A DNA stretch of 64,000 bases from Candidatus Woesearchaeota archaeon (GTDB lineage Archaea; Nanobdellota; Nanobdellia; Woesearchaeales; JBDRGA01). The notes beneath the pieces were generated by a model. The model had not been told where the DNA came from and ran no database searches. It saw only the letters and a program-made list of their open reading frames with translations. Made by a program: the position numbers and the translations under genes. Numbering within the stretch: the first letter of the stretch is position 1; every line of letters begins with the position of its first letter. Below are positions 1 to 10,261 of the stretch, piece by piece. The stretch lies in assembly GCA_043818175.1 (NCBI GenBank), contig JBDRGA010000052.1, positions 24,723 through 88,722 on the forward strand, in the 5' to 3' direction.

Positions 1-246
1 GAACTCTGGGTCCGTGTAACCTATACGTTTCAAGGTCTTTCTTACTAATGCCTGAACATCAGCAAATCCGCTTGTGGTTACTTCACCCATTGCAATAACC
101 ATTCCTGTTGTAGTCGCACATTCAACCGCGACTCTTGAATTAGGGTCCTGTCTTAACAGTTCATCAAGAACTGCATCGCTGACCTGATCGCATACCTTAT
201 CAGGATGTCCTTCAGTAACACTTTCACTCGTGAAATAATGCTTCAT
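1..246 (-). CDS. metK: S-adenosylmethionine synthetase, bacterial/eukaryotic MetK type, N-terminal part (gene continues beyond window start)
   Basis: Reverse-strand translation from ATG at 244-246 gives [31 protein letters not shown]...[15 protein letters not shown], the conserved MetK N-terminal signature. It is absent from the ORF track because it is cut by the window edge. Confidence 0.75.
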   Translation of the reverse strand, partial: MKHYFTSESVTEGHPDKVCDQVSDAVLDELLRQDPNSRVAVECATTTGMVIAMGEVTTSGFADVQALVRKTLKRIGYTDPEF

Positions 247-335
247 AATACCACCTAAATGTGCACTCTTGCAGGTAGTTTATATTGGTTTGCATGCTGT
301 TACGGCATGCTTAAATATTATGTTGTATTCGTACT

Positions 336-983
336 TTGATGCGCGGAACTCCGATAGTCATTGAAGATAAGGCAACAGGGTTTTCTGCTGAACAACTGCC
401 TGTTCCCGAGCATTACATCCCGTTCATTGAATGTGTAATGATCCCAAATGGATTGATTCGCGACAGGCTTCAACAGCTTGCCATTAACGTGCACGATGAT
501 TACAAGGGTAAGAAATTGCACATTCTTTGCGTACTTAAAGGAGGAGACAAGGTATTTGGAGACTTGAACAAGCAGTTGGACAAGTTGAATACATCGCGTT
601 CAAGCGTGCCCATAACTTACGATTTCATACGTACGAGCAGCTACGAGAACGATTCAAGCACAGGCATCGTGAATATTATGGGTGAGTTGCAGGACATTAA
701 AGGAAGGCACGTTCTAATTGTAGAAGATATTGTGGATACAGGGATAACGCTCAAGAAGCTGAAGGACGAGATATCGAGGCACGAGCCAGCCTCTCTCAAA
801 TGTCTTACCTTATTGTCAAAAAGAATTGGAAAAGAACCAGAAGCAAGCGCGGATTACGTTGGGTTTTCAATACCTCCTCACTTCGTCGTGGGTTACTGTC
901 TTGATTACAATGAGCACTTCAGGGACTTGGCACATATCTGCGTGTTGAACGAGAAAGGTAAAACCGAGTTTCGGAAGAGATAA
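336..983 (+). CDS. hpt: hypoxanthine-guanine phosphoribosyltransferase (eukaryote-like HGPRT)
   Basis: PRPP-binding motif VLIVEDIVDTGITL and C-terminal FVVGYCLDYNEHFRDLAHICVLNE resemble eukaryotic HGPRT closely. Confidence 0.85.
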   Translation: MMRGTPIVIEDKATGFSAEQLPVPEHYIPFIECVMIPNGLIRDRLQQLAINVHDDYKGKKLHILCVLKGGDKVFGDLNKQLDKLNTSRSSVPITYDFIRTSSYENDSSTGIVNIMGELQDIKGRHVLIVEDIVDTGITLKKLKDEISRHEPASLKCLTLLSKRIGKEPEASADYVGFSIPPHFVVGYCLDYNEHFRDLAHICVLNEKGKTEFRKR

Positions 984-1030
984 ATGGGGCATCTGAAACA
1001 TATTTATATGCTGATATATTTCCCCGTTGC

Positions 1031-1270
1031 ATGGCGCTTGGGTATGCTAGGAGAACTTACGAAGGAACTCTTAGTGTTCTAAGAAGGGCAAAATACGCTG
1101 CACATCGTATAGCTGAGTGGAACCTATGGGACGTGCTTGAGCAAAGACGAGAACACAAGAACCTTATGAAAGAAAGGGGGCAGGAGACCATTCATCCCAC
1201 CTACTCGACTGATACAGAAATTAGTAATAGTGAACTGGAAGAAGTTGTAGAGAAAATTGGAGACATTTAG
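1031..1270 (+). CDS. hypothetical protein (79 aa)
   Basis: ORF only; no recognisable motif. Confidence 0.3.
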   Translation: MALGYARRTYEGTLSVLRRAKYAAHRIAEWNLWDVLEQRREHKNLMKERGQETIHPTYSTDTEISNSELEEVVEKIGDI

Positions 1271-3952
1271 TCGTTTAATCCGGTATTTGCTTTATACGGT
1301 TCCCTCGCATCCTTCAGCGCAATCTTCGCAAGAACCATGTCATGCATCCTCTGCAGGAATTTCTGCTTGTCTTCCATCTTCATAATGTCAGAGTAACCCA
1401 TGCTGATTAGATTGAAAGCAAACGGCGTGGGTATCTCTGTGCTTATTTCTTTCACTTTCATTTCGCCTGACTCAATCTTCATAAGCACTTCTTCCGCGTG
1501 TCGTACGTCCATCATGTCCTCTAATACTTCCCGTCGTGCTTCTTTAAGTATTGGAAAATCATCACTGATCTTCTTCACTGCAGAATAAATTAACCGAGAG
1601 CTCAACTGCTGTCTTCCAACTGACTTCGTTCTTCCCATATAATTCCTTAAAATCATCAATGACCGTGCTGCACAATGTCTGAATCTTCGAGTAAGTACTT
1701 CACTTCTGTCAAGCGCTTGCGCCATAAGAGACCTTAGTTCATTCGCCTTCAATTTCTTCAATGCGTTTACAGCCTGCACTTTTTGCGATGTCATAATGTA
1801 AAAACCGTTGTCTGAAATGTTCACTTCAACATCCTTGCCAGTAGACTGCGCAATAGAGAAAGCCAATGCTCTGCTCAACACATCATTTGTTCTTCGTCCA
1901 AACAACGCATGAAATATTATGTACGTCTTTGAACCTTCAGAATAATACTCGACGAGTATTTTCTTGTCATGCGGCAATTCAGCATATCTGTACTGCTCCC
2001 AGAAATACTCGTAAATACTGTTCGCTCCATAGGAATCAACGTGCAGGTATGAGTTGATGAAATCAATAACATCTTTCTTTGATGTCTTGCTTTCAAAATG
2101 CTCTTCCATGAATCTTCTGAACCGCTGAATTTCCATTGCAAGGTCATAACTTAAGGGCAATTGCTCTGAGAACCAGGATGGTACGGTAGGCGGTCTATTA
2201 ACTGATGTAGAGACAAAAGCAGTCATGCCCTGTGCATACATGAAAAGATAAGTGTTCCCGCCGAGAACGAAAACATCGCCTTTCTTCAAACGCTCAACGA
2301 ATTGCTCGTCAATCGTTCCAATGAATTCTCCACCTCGCGTCTTAACGCGCACATTTGACTCGTCAGGAATCGTGCCAATGTTAGTCATGTAGATTACTCT
2401 TGCCATCTTTCCTCGCTTACCAATCATTGCTGTTTCTTTGTCGTACCAAATTTTGGCGTACACATTCCTTGTTTCAAGCGAGGCGAACTCACCACTTAGG
2501 TAATTCAATATGTCATCAAAATCATGCCACGAAAGATTCCTGTAACAATGACTTCTTCTTACAGTTGCGTAAACTTCATGAATTGCCTGTTTATCGTCTA
2601 TGGCAAAGCCAAAAACGTGCTGAGCAAGAACATCCAAACAATTTTCGGGAACTTGAATCTGGTCAAACTTCTTTTCCAAAGCGGCTTTCAAAAGAACGGA
2701 AGACTCGACTAAATCATCCCTGTCCATTACCACAATTCTTCCAACGGCTTCATCATGCAGTTTATGTCCACTTCTCCCAATGCGCTGCAAAGCCCTCGCA
2801 ACACTCTTCGGGCTTCCCAGAAGAACAACGAGGTCTATGTATCCAATGTCAATACCTAACTCCAATGACGTGCTTGAAACAACTGCTTTCAGCTTGCCCT
2901 GCTTAAGCCTGTTCTCCAGAGCAAGACGGTGGTCCTTGCTTAACGAGCCATGATGCGCACCAATGTAACTTCCTTCCCCTTCTTTCCCCATCATTGTATA
3001 GTTTTTTGGGAATTTATCTTTGAGGTGATGAACGACTCTCTCAGTCGCGCTTCTTGTGTTCGTAAAAATAAGAGTTGTTCTATGGTCTTGAATCATTTTG
3101 TCTAACAACTTATACATACGTATGTGAGTTGCCCCTGGTTCAGAACGCATCAAGTCCTCAACCGGACTTAACACTTTCAAATCCAATTTCTTCAAGTACT
3201 GCACGTCAACAACTTTGCAGTCCCTGTAAATTTCTTTGTCAGGATCTTCGAGACCTACAAGAAACTTGGCCACAAGCTCAAGAGGCGCTACTGTAGCAGA
3301 AAGGCCTACACGAGAAAATGGATACAGTTTCTCCAGTCTTTCCAACGTAACGGATAAATGAACACCTCTCTTGCTATCTGCTAAACTGTGTATCTCATCA
3401 ATAATAACCCAGGAAGGTTGAAGTTTCTCCCTAAACTTAGGTGATGTTATTAAGATTGCAAGACTTTCAGGCGTTGTAATCAGAATGTGGGGCGGTTTCT
3501 TTAGCATAGCGCTTCTCTGGCTCGTAGAAGTATCTCCGGTCCTTATTCCAGTCCTTATCCCAAGCTTCTTCCCCCTCCTTTTTTGCCAGCTCCTTTATTG
3601 CTTCCAATGGCTCTTCAAGGTTCTTCTGGATGTCATTGGCGAGTGCTTTCAAAGGCGAGATGTATATGCAATATACTTTGTCCTCGAGTTCTTCCTTGTT
3701 TGCCAGTGCTGTAAGCTCGTTAATCACCGAGAGAAAGGCAGATAATGTCTTTCCTGAGCCCGTAGGGCTGGAAATAAGCGTGTTCTCCCTTCTGTGGATA
3801 TTTAGTGCTGCAAACTTCTGAGGGGGGCTGAACGCCTTGAAAGTAGCTTGAAACCATTTTCGCACGTAAGGATGTAGTATCTTCAGGGTTTCCGAGTCCT
3901 CATGTTCATCAGTCTGAAAACTAATCGGCATTCCTGGAAAGAATCCGAACAC
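1267..3952 (-). CDS. lhr: Lhr-like large ATP-dependent helicase (superfamily 2), reading frame interrupted by an apparent single-base frameshift near 3566-3586
   Basis: The N-terminal ORF (3467..3952) has Walker A SSPTGSGKTLSAF and motif Ia SPLKALANDI. The downstream ORF (1267..3507) has ILITTPESL and DEIHSLADSKRG (DEAH). Extending the downstream frame upstream gives LGIRTGIRTGDTSTSQRSAMLKKPPHILITTPESL, which is typical of Lhr. The frame switch maps to an A6/G5 homopolymer. Confidence 0.8.
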
Positions 3953-3985
3953 GCTTTAAAATCCTATGCTGAAGCTGTCCAGTGC

Positions 3986-4333
3986 TCAGAAATATGGCTT
4001 GCCCTTTAATGTAACATTCCCTCTATCTAGAATAGTGGAATAGTCCAGTTGAGGTGTAGCCATTATTGGTGCAACATATGGTACTAAATTCTGAATATAA
4101 TCAATGGCTACGGGACCTTCGTTTACAATATCCTTCCTAACGGCAGAGTACTCACCTGGCATTGTTACGGGTCCCGCGTTGATAGTAGTGTCATCTCTCC
4201 CAATTACAGGCATTGCACGTAAAGCACGTATTACATCTATATCCAGTCCTGCCTCTCTCGAACTTGTCGTTCTCCTATTTGCAATCCTGAATGGATTGTC
4301 AAGTTGGATTGTCATCAAGGAATGGAACTGCAA
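3986..4333 (-). CDS. hypothetical protein (115 aa)
   Basis: ORF only. Confidence 0.3.
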   Translation of the reverse strand: MQFHSLMTIQLDNPFRIANRRTTSSREAGLDIDVIRALRAMPVIGRDDTTINAGPVTMPGEYSAVRKDIVNEGPVAIDYIQNLVPYVAPIMATPQLDYSTILDRGNVTLKGKPYF

Positions 4334-4358
4334 TTTGCTTTATAAACGTAATGCTGAA

Positions 4359-5102
4359 TCAGCCCTTACTTTCAGCCACAATGCCTATGAACATGCTGTT
4401 CTTCGAGAAAAGAAGAATACCTTCAATTTCATCGTATCCACCATATTTGTGCAAGACTCTAAACCCCGCTTTGGAAAGCATAGCTTCAATTTCTTTGAAG
4501 GTATAGACCTGCATGTCCCATACATCCTTCTGCATGGTTAGCTTCATTTTGTTTTGGATGTACACACGCTGGTTCACGTGCATTATCTTTTTTGTTCTGT
4601 CGAGCGTGTTGCTGTTGAATCTGACAAGTTTCGTCTCACCAAAATCTTTGCACGTGTCAATCCACTCTCCGTCTATGAAGTTCTTGTCCAGATACTCAAA
4701 GTTGAATATGTCGAACGCAATTCTTTTCACACCATGCCACCCATCCAACACTTTCTGAAACTCATTGGGAGTCAAGTGTCCTATTGCATTGAACATGCAG
4801 GTGACGATGTCTGGCCTATTCTTTAAGGGAGTCCGTAAGTCTGAAACGTAGAAGCGCACACCAGGATGCTTCTTCCTGGCAACGGAAAGCATTTCAGCAC
4901 TTAGATCAAACCCTTCTACGTCATAACCCCGTTCTTTCAGCTCGCCGGTGAAGTTACCTGTTCCACACGCTGCATCAAGAAGTTTCCTACCTGCAGGCAG
5001 AAGGAAAGGATGAAGTGCTGTTACTGCACTTGCATAAGGAATTATTGAGCCATCTGCGAGGTCATAAACCTGTGCGAACCTTCCGTAGTCAAACTGTTTC
5101 AT
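4359..5102 (-). CDS. class I SAM-dependent methyltransferase
   Basis: Motif I LLDAACGTGNF, followed by an acidic residue (DVEGFDLS). Confidence 0.7.
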   Translation of the reverse strand: MKQFDYGRFAQVYDLADGSIIPYASAVTALHPFLLPAGRKLLDAACGTGNFTGELKERGYDVEGFDLSAEMLSVARKKHPGVRFYVSDLRTPLKNRPDIVTCMFNAIGHLTPNEFQKVLDGWHGVKRIAFDIFNFEYLDKNFIDGEWIDTCKDFGETKLVRFNSNTLDRTKKIMHVNQRVYIQNKMKLTMQKDVWDMQVYTFKEIEAMLSKAGFRVLHKYGGYDEIEGILLFSKNSMFIGIVAESKG

Positions 5103-5139
5103 GAAATAATACGCCAGCTCGTAATAATAAAGTTAGCGG

Positions 5140-6597
5140 TTAAAGACCCAGATTCTCAAGAATGAGCTCTTTCTTAAAAGGAGCAAGGTCATCGTAACCC
5201 TGTCCTGTACCCAAGAACAAAATTGGTTTCTTAGTAACGTAACTTACGCTGACAGCAGCACCACCTTTCTCATCTACGTCGGCCTTTGCCAGTATAATGC
5301 CATCAATTCCCACAGCCTCATCAAACACCTTTGCCTGTTCAACACAGTCGTTTCCAGTAATCGCTTCCCCTACAAACATCTTGAAGTCAGGATTATTAAC
5401 CTTTATGAGCTTCTTGAGCTCTTGCATCAGGTTATCGTTGCTGTGAAGCCTTCCTGCAGTGTCTATTAAAACCACGTCCACGTTCTTTGCCTTGGCATGT
5501 GATATTGCGTCAAAAGCAACAGCAGCAGGGTCAGAACCATAATCGTGCTTAATCATCTTAACGCCCAATTTGTTACAATGTTCTTCCAATTGCTGGATTG
5601 CGGCTGCTCTGAACGTATCTGAAGCTGCTACAACAACACTCATTCCTTTTTCTTGAAATAAGTGGGCGAGCTTTGCAAGTGCGGTCGTTTTTCCAGAGCC
5701 ATTAACACCAATAAATGCAATAATGTAAGGTTTCTTCTTCTTTGCTTCCTTCAATAAGTCGATATGAGTATCTACAAAAAGTTCTTCTATGCTCTTTTGC
5801 AGTCTATCATGAATAACTTCTTCAACGCTCTTTCTCTGAACGCGTCCGGATGTGAGTTCGTCTTTAAGATCCAATTTTATCTTCTCTATTACCTCAACTG
5901 CAACGTTGTTCTCTAGCAAAGCAAGCTCCAACTCCCAGAATATCTCGTTGAATCGTTCATCTGAAAGCTGTATCGTTGTTACTTTCTGCTTGATGAATCC
6001 AAACAAACCTTTCTTCTCAACGCGGCCCTCGGGTTGAATTACTCTTGGTTCGGGTTCAACGGGCTCGTCATGAACTGGCGCCTCTTTTGGCACAATTGCT
6101 TCAGGCTGAACTTTAACCTTTGCTGGCTTTTCAACTTCTCTTGGTTCAACGCGCTTCTTCTCTTGTTCTCGCTTCCCGAATATCTTGCCCAGGAATCCTC
6201 TCTTTTCCTCGTGAACTTTCTTAGGTGGTTCTTTGATTTCATGCGCCTTGACTTCAATTGGTTTCTTTTCTTCTGTTTTAACTGGTTCTATTTTCTTGAC
6301 AACCTGTTCTACCTTAACGAGCTCTGGTTTCTTCGCTTCTTTTACGGGCTCTTGTTTTCTAACTTGAGGCTCAGACTTCTTTGGTATAGATTTAGGAACG
6401 GACTTCTCTACTTTCTTCTCGGGCTCTTTCTTTGCTGGCTTTGGCTTCTCGACTGGTTTCTGTGGTGCTGGCTTCTTCTGAATAATCTCCTTCGCAGGGA
6501 TTCTTTCTTCTATCTCTTCAACTTTAGCATCCTTGGAAACGTCCTTAGTAAGCTTTCCAAGCGCGCCTTTGAGTTTGTCCTTTAGAAACTTGAACAT
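5140..6597 (-). CDS. ftsY: signal recognition particle receptor FtsY
   Basis: SRP GTPase motifs FIGVNGSGKTT, DTAGR and LAKADVD; long K/E/P-rich N-terminal low-complexity region. Confidence 0.9.
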   Translation of the reverse strand: MFKFLKDKLKGALGKLTKDVSKDAKVEEIEERIPAKEIIQKKPAPQKPVEKPKPAKKEPEKKVEKSVPKSIPKKSEPQVRKQEPVKEAKKPELVKVEQVVKKIEPVKTEEKKPIEVKAHEIKEPPKKVHEEKRGFLGKIFGKREQEKKRVEPREVEKPAKVKVQPEAIVPKEAPVHDEPVEPEPRVIQPEGRVEKKGLFGFIKQKVTTIQLSDERFNEIFWELELALLENNVAVEVIEKIKLDLKDELTSGRVQRKSVEEVIHDRLQKSIEELFVDTHIDLLKEAKKKKPYIIAFIGVNGSGKTTALAKLAHLFQEKGMSVVVAASDTFRAAAIQQLEEHCNKLGVKMIKHDYGSDPAAVAFDAISHAKAKNVDVVLIDTAGRLHSNDNLMQELKKLIKVNNPDFKMFVGEAITGNDCVEQAKVFDEAVGIDGIILAKADVDEKGGAAVSVSYVTKKPILFLGTGQGYDDLAPFKKELILENLGL

Positions 6598-6600
6598 TTC

Positions 6601-6984
6601 TTACTCCTCAATCTCCTTCTGCAAACTTTGTGCTCTTTCCACCAGCTCGTCAAACTGCTTGTCTGCTTTCTGCCATATTGATTCGAGGTTCTTCTTCTGC
6701 TTCTCAATTAATGTTAGAGCTTCATTAATACTTTTCTCTACAACAACACCCTGTCCTACATTCATCATCACGGTGCTGTCTGGCTTGATTGTTCCCTTAA
6801 TAAAAATTCCAGAAGCCAATGGTAAGAAAGCAGATGGTTCTCCCTTGAAGTTCTCCATTGATGCAAGCGCCTCAGTAATTGAAGTGAGCTCCAGAAGGTT
6901 CTCTTGCATCTTTGTCATCTGTCCCTGAAGCTTTTCCAAGTACTCGTTTATAGAGTGTAGCTCCATCATCTTTTCGTCATTCAT
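6601..6984 (-). CDS. pfdA: prefoldin alpha subunit
   Basis: Coiled coil - beta hairpin - coiled coil pattern with FLPLASGIFIKG; position downstream of ftsY is typical for archaea. Confidence 0.7.
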   Translation of the reverse strand: MNDEKMMELHSINEYLEKLQGQMTKMQENLLELTSITEALASMENFKGEPSAFLPLASGIFIKGTIKPDSTVMMNVGQGVVVEKSINEALTLIEKQKKNLESIWQKADKQFDELVERAQSLQKEIEE

Positions 6985-7934
6985 CTTTTCACCGTCTTTG
7001 CAGCAAACTTCCGTTCAAGCAATGTGCTCAGGCTTCCTCCTTCATAAGAGTGCTTTATCGCCATTGCAACAAGAGGACCAATTGATATGACTCGAATCTT
7101 TGAAGGAGCAGATTCTGGAAGAGTTAGTGTATTTGTTACGACCACTTCTTCTGCATTGCTGTTCTCGATGTTTACGTACGCGTTTCCATTGAATAGACCG
7201 TGGGTTGCAACAAGATATACTGCCTTTGCACCACGCTTCTTTATTGCGGCACATGCCTTCGTAATAGTGCCTGCTGTATCTATTATGTCATCAATTATGA
7301 TTGCGTTTTTTCCTTCAATGTCTCCCACAACGTGCATTACTTCTGATTCATTGTGCGTTTCTCTTCTTTTGTCAATCAATGCTATGGGCGCGTCCAATTT
7401 TTTGCCGAAGTATCTTGCTCTCGCAACTCCACCTGCGTCAGGACTAACGACTACCAAGTCCGAGATTTTCAGCTCCTGAAAATAACTCGCAAGGGTGCTT
7501 GCCGCCCAGATATCATCAACAGGTATGTCAAAGTAACCTTGTATCTGGTTTGCGTGAAGGTCAACTGTCAGAATGCTCTGCGCCCCTGCTGTTGTAAGCA
7601 AATTGGCAACTAGCTTAGCGCTGATTGGCTCTCTTGCTCGGACCTTCCTGTCCTGCCTGCCATACCCATAGTAGGGAATGACGCACGTAATCTTCCCTGC
7701 AGATGCTCTCTTGGCCGCATCAAGTAGTATGAGCAGCTCCATGATGTTATCATTTATTGGGGGGCCAAGTGCCTGTATTATGAAAATGTTTTCTCCTCTC
7801 ACATTCTCGTCAATGTGTGCATAAATCTCGCCATCAGCAAACCGTTTAATCGTGCATGGAGTGAGCTCCATTTCAAGCTCCTTGGCTATCTCCTGCGCCA
7901 ACGGAATATTGCTCGTGCCTGAAATAAGCTTCAT
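6981..7934 (-). CDS. prs: ribose-phosphate pyrophosphokinase (PRPP synthetase)
   Basis: RFADGE, PYYGYGRQDRK and IIDDIIDTAGT motifs. Confidence 0.9.
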   Translation of the reverse strand: MKLISGTSNIPLAQEIAKELEMELTPCTIKRFADGEIYAHIDENVRGENIFIIQALGPPINDNIMELLILLDAAKRASAGKITCVIPYYGYGRQDRKVRAREPISAKLVANLLTTAGAQSILTVDLHANQIQGYFDIPVDDIWAASTLASYFQELKISDLVVVSPDAGGVARARYFGKKLDAPIALIDKRRETHNESEVMHVVGDIEGKNAIIIDDIIDTAGTITKACAAIKKRGAKAVYLVATHGLFNGNAYVNIENSNAEEVVVTNTLTLPESAPSKIRVISIGPLVAMAIKHSYEGGSLSTLLERKFAAKTVKR

Positions 7935-8590
7935 CTGAACGCCTCATCCGCAGTTGTAAGCTCTACACCTGTGCTCATGTCCCCCGCAACAAATCCATGC
8001 TTCGTAACAACAAGTCCTGAGCGTACGAAGGGACTTCCGAAATTCATAGTTCCCGTTTCAACTTCAACATCAAAGTCCTGCTGGATGCTCAGCAGTTCAG
8101 AAAGAGAAACATCCTGTCCAATAAGCCCCTTGCCATGACTTAAGACACCCAAGCTACCCGGTGTAGGTGTCCCCGCAAGCGTCATCTTTTTGGCGCGAAC
8201 GCCAAGAGCTTGCTCTATCATTTCAATGGCAGCATCACTGTACTCCGGGTTAACATATGCAAACGTGTCATTGCATAAAATATTGTTTCCCAGACAAGTC
8301 AAATGAGTGGGGATTACAGTATACTCGATTTTCAGATTGTCCAGTTCCTTTAGTTCTTCCTCAAAGCAGTTTTCAGGCACGAGGAGCATCTTTTCGTTTC
8401 CTGTTAGAAAGGCGCCAAGAAGACTCGTTCCACAAATTGATATTGGGTGTGTTGGTACTCCCAGAGTCTCCTCAATCTCTTTGCGAAGGTCTTTGGGAAC
8501 TTCCTTACCAATTAGACAGTACTTTGAGCAGGCGTACGCGTAAAGTCCCACATTTGGATTCTTGTGAACACTGGTCTTGAGGGCATGCAT
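7931..8590 (-). CDS. eif6: translation initiation factor 6 (aIF6/eIF6)
   Basis: Pentein-fold repeats: NPNVGLYAYACSKYCLIG and LTCLGNNILCNDTFAYVNPE match eIF6 signatures. Confidence 0.8.
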   Translation of the reverse strand: MHALKTSVHKNPNVGLYAYACSKYCLIGKEVPKDLRKEIEETLGVPTHPISICGTSLLGAFLTGNEKMLLVPENCFEEELKELDNLKIEYTVIPTHLTCLGNNILCNDTFAYVNPEYSDAAIEMIEQALGVRAKKMTLAGTPTPGSLGVLSHGKGLIGQDVSLSELLSIQQDFDVEVETGTMNFGSPFVRSGLVVTKHGFVAGDMSTGVELTTADEAFR

Positions 8591-8621
8591 GAACTCACGA
8601 ACGCCGAGCCCTATTTAAAGC

Positions 8622-9392
8622 TTAGGTCTTGAGGCCGTCAAGAGATTTCTTCGTGGCCTTCTCTAGGAATATGTTGATCGTACCAAAATGAATCTTCTGA
8701 TCCATGCTTATGCTTCTTTGGTTCTCAAGATGAAGCAATGGGATGAACGTCATAACTTTATCCTCTTTGGCTTCTGATGGTATTATAGCTGAGAACGTTA
8801 GTGCTGTAGTTTTCTTGTCATAATGGGTCTTTACCCGCTTGTACACTTCGCTCATCACCACACTAATGTCTGGCGTCTTCTCAGGTGCTTTCGTATCGAC
8901 CATTGGCTGAAGATATATCTTTCTTCTTTCTTCAACTTCAAGTGCCTTTTCCAACGCAGAAACGAGGTCGAAAACACTTACTTTTCTCTTCCTTGGCTGT
9001 GGACTCCTAGGTATGAGCCTTGGCCTTACTACATCATCCTGCTCGTCCAATACTTCCAGCTCTTCTAGAATCTCATCTGGTGCTTCCGCGCCATTAATTA
9101 GTGCATCAAGAGCCTCTATATCTTCCTGTAAGAGCCTGTTACTCTTCATTTTAAGCAGAAATGCAGCTGCAAGAATCATCTTGCCAGAGATTCTGAAATC
9201 AACTTCCTTCAGCTTGTTCAACATTTGGAGGAACTTCCCTGCCAAGAGGCTTACGTTGATGTTCCAAGGGTCCATTCCTTGTTTGTTAACAAGGTCGTAG
9301 ATTATGGTCTGCCAAGTAACCTCATCCTGCTCGAAGAGGATGCTGAAGATTTCCTCGTTAACGTTCTTAGAGACCTGCTCCATGCGTACCAT
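8622..9392 (-). CDS. scpA: segregation and condensation protein A (ScpA kleisin)-like
   Basis: N-terminal DPWNINVSLLAGKFLQML and C-terminal winged helix FIPLLHLENQRSISMDQKIHFGTINI resemble ScpA. Confidence 0.55.
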   Translation of the reverse strand: MVRMEQVSKNVNEEIFSILFEQDEVTWQTIIYDLVNKQGMDPWNINVSLLAGKFLQMLNKLKEVDFRISGKMILAAAFLLKMKSNRLLQEDIEALDALINGAEAPDEILEELEVLDEQDDVVRPRLIPRSPQPRKRKVSVFDLVSALEKALEVEERRKIYLQPMVDTKAPEKTPDISVVMSEVYKRVKTHYDKKTTALTFSAIIPSEAKEDKVMTFIPLLHLENQRSISMDQKIHFGTINIFLEKATKKSLDGLKT

Positions 9393-9638
9393 TTTAGTAT
9401 ACTGCTATATAAAGTTATCGCAAGCTACCGTCGTGAATAAAAATTAAAAAAGCGGAAGGCGTGGCCAATGGCAAGGCCACCGGAGCCGCTAACTGAAAAC
9501 GCTTATAGACCGTGGGGCGAACATCTATATAAAGTTTGTTTTCGACGTGGAAAACGCTAAAGTATTTATAAATGGTTTATAAATGGTTGGGGTTGTTTAT
9601 GTCATTACCTACTTTTCCGTAGTAAAATATATAAAGCA

Positions 9639-10202
9639 TTGTTGCTATGTATGAACATGGAAGGGAAGAATCCACCTTACGAAGGATATGTTATATCACA
9701 TCGTAGGATGAGTGGTATAGTTCCTGGAAAGATATACCAGACAGATATTCGAGGAAGGGCAGTACCAGAGGAAGGGGAACGAGATAAACGTCGTGAATGG
9801 GCTCTTTCGCCCCTGGATTTTGAGGAAGTTGTTGGTGGGCTTGAGACTGAGCTTGCGAGAGATGAATCTAGGATGTTAGTGCCCAGGGTTGCTATAGTGC
9901 TACCCCATTATACTAGAATTTATTTCGTTGGCAGTGCAGATTTTGGAGGAGAAGCAGAGACTAACTGGGACAATGTTTTGTATAGAACTCCAAGCTTCTT
10001 ATCTACGCCTGAATTGGTTGTAAAAGGAGGCACTGGTTGCGACGGCGAAGTTGCTATTCTTGGAGAAGAGCGCAAATTCTGGAATGGTACGCAAACAGTG
10101 GAGGCATATCTTGAAATGTTTGTTCCGGTGGGCAGCCTTGGGAGAGTAGAAGAACCGAACAAACTCGCTGATTACATGGCCAGAGTGCGTGCAGGAAGAT
10201 AG
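9639..10202 (+). CDS. hypothetical protein (187 aa)
   Basis: ORF only. Confidence 0.3.
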   Translation: MLLCMNMEGKNPPYEGYVISHRRMSGIVPGKIYQTDIRGRAVPEEGERDKRREWALSPLDFEEVVGGLETELARDESRMLVPRVAIVLPHYTRIYFVGSADFGGEAETNWDNVLYRTPSFLSTPELVVKGGTGCDGEVAILGEERKFWNGTQTVEAYLEMFVPVGSLGRVEEPNKLADYMARVRAGR

Positions 10203-10261
10203 GGTTCTGACATCTCCACTTGACCTAAACCTTATATATCTTCGGCAACTCAAGTTATTCC

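Noticed and set aside
4104-4541. 145-aa plus-strand ORF
   Set aside because: Antisense to hypothetical ORF 3986..4333 and to the 3' end of the methyltransferase; no support.
6034-6585. 183-aa W/F/L-rich ORF on the plus strand
   Set aside because: Antisense to the low-complexity K/E/P-rich N-terminal region of ftsY. Its composition is the mirror image of that repeat, so it is a shadow ORF.
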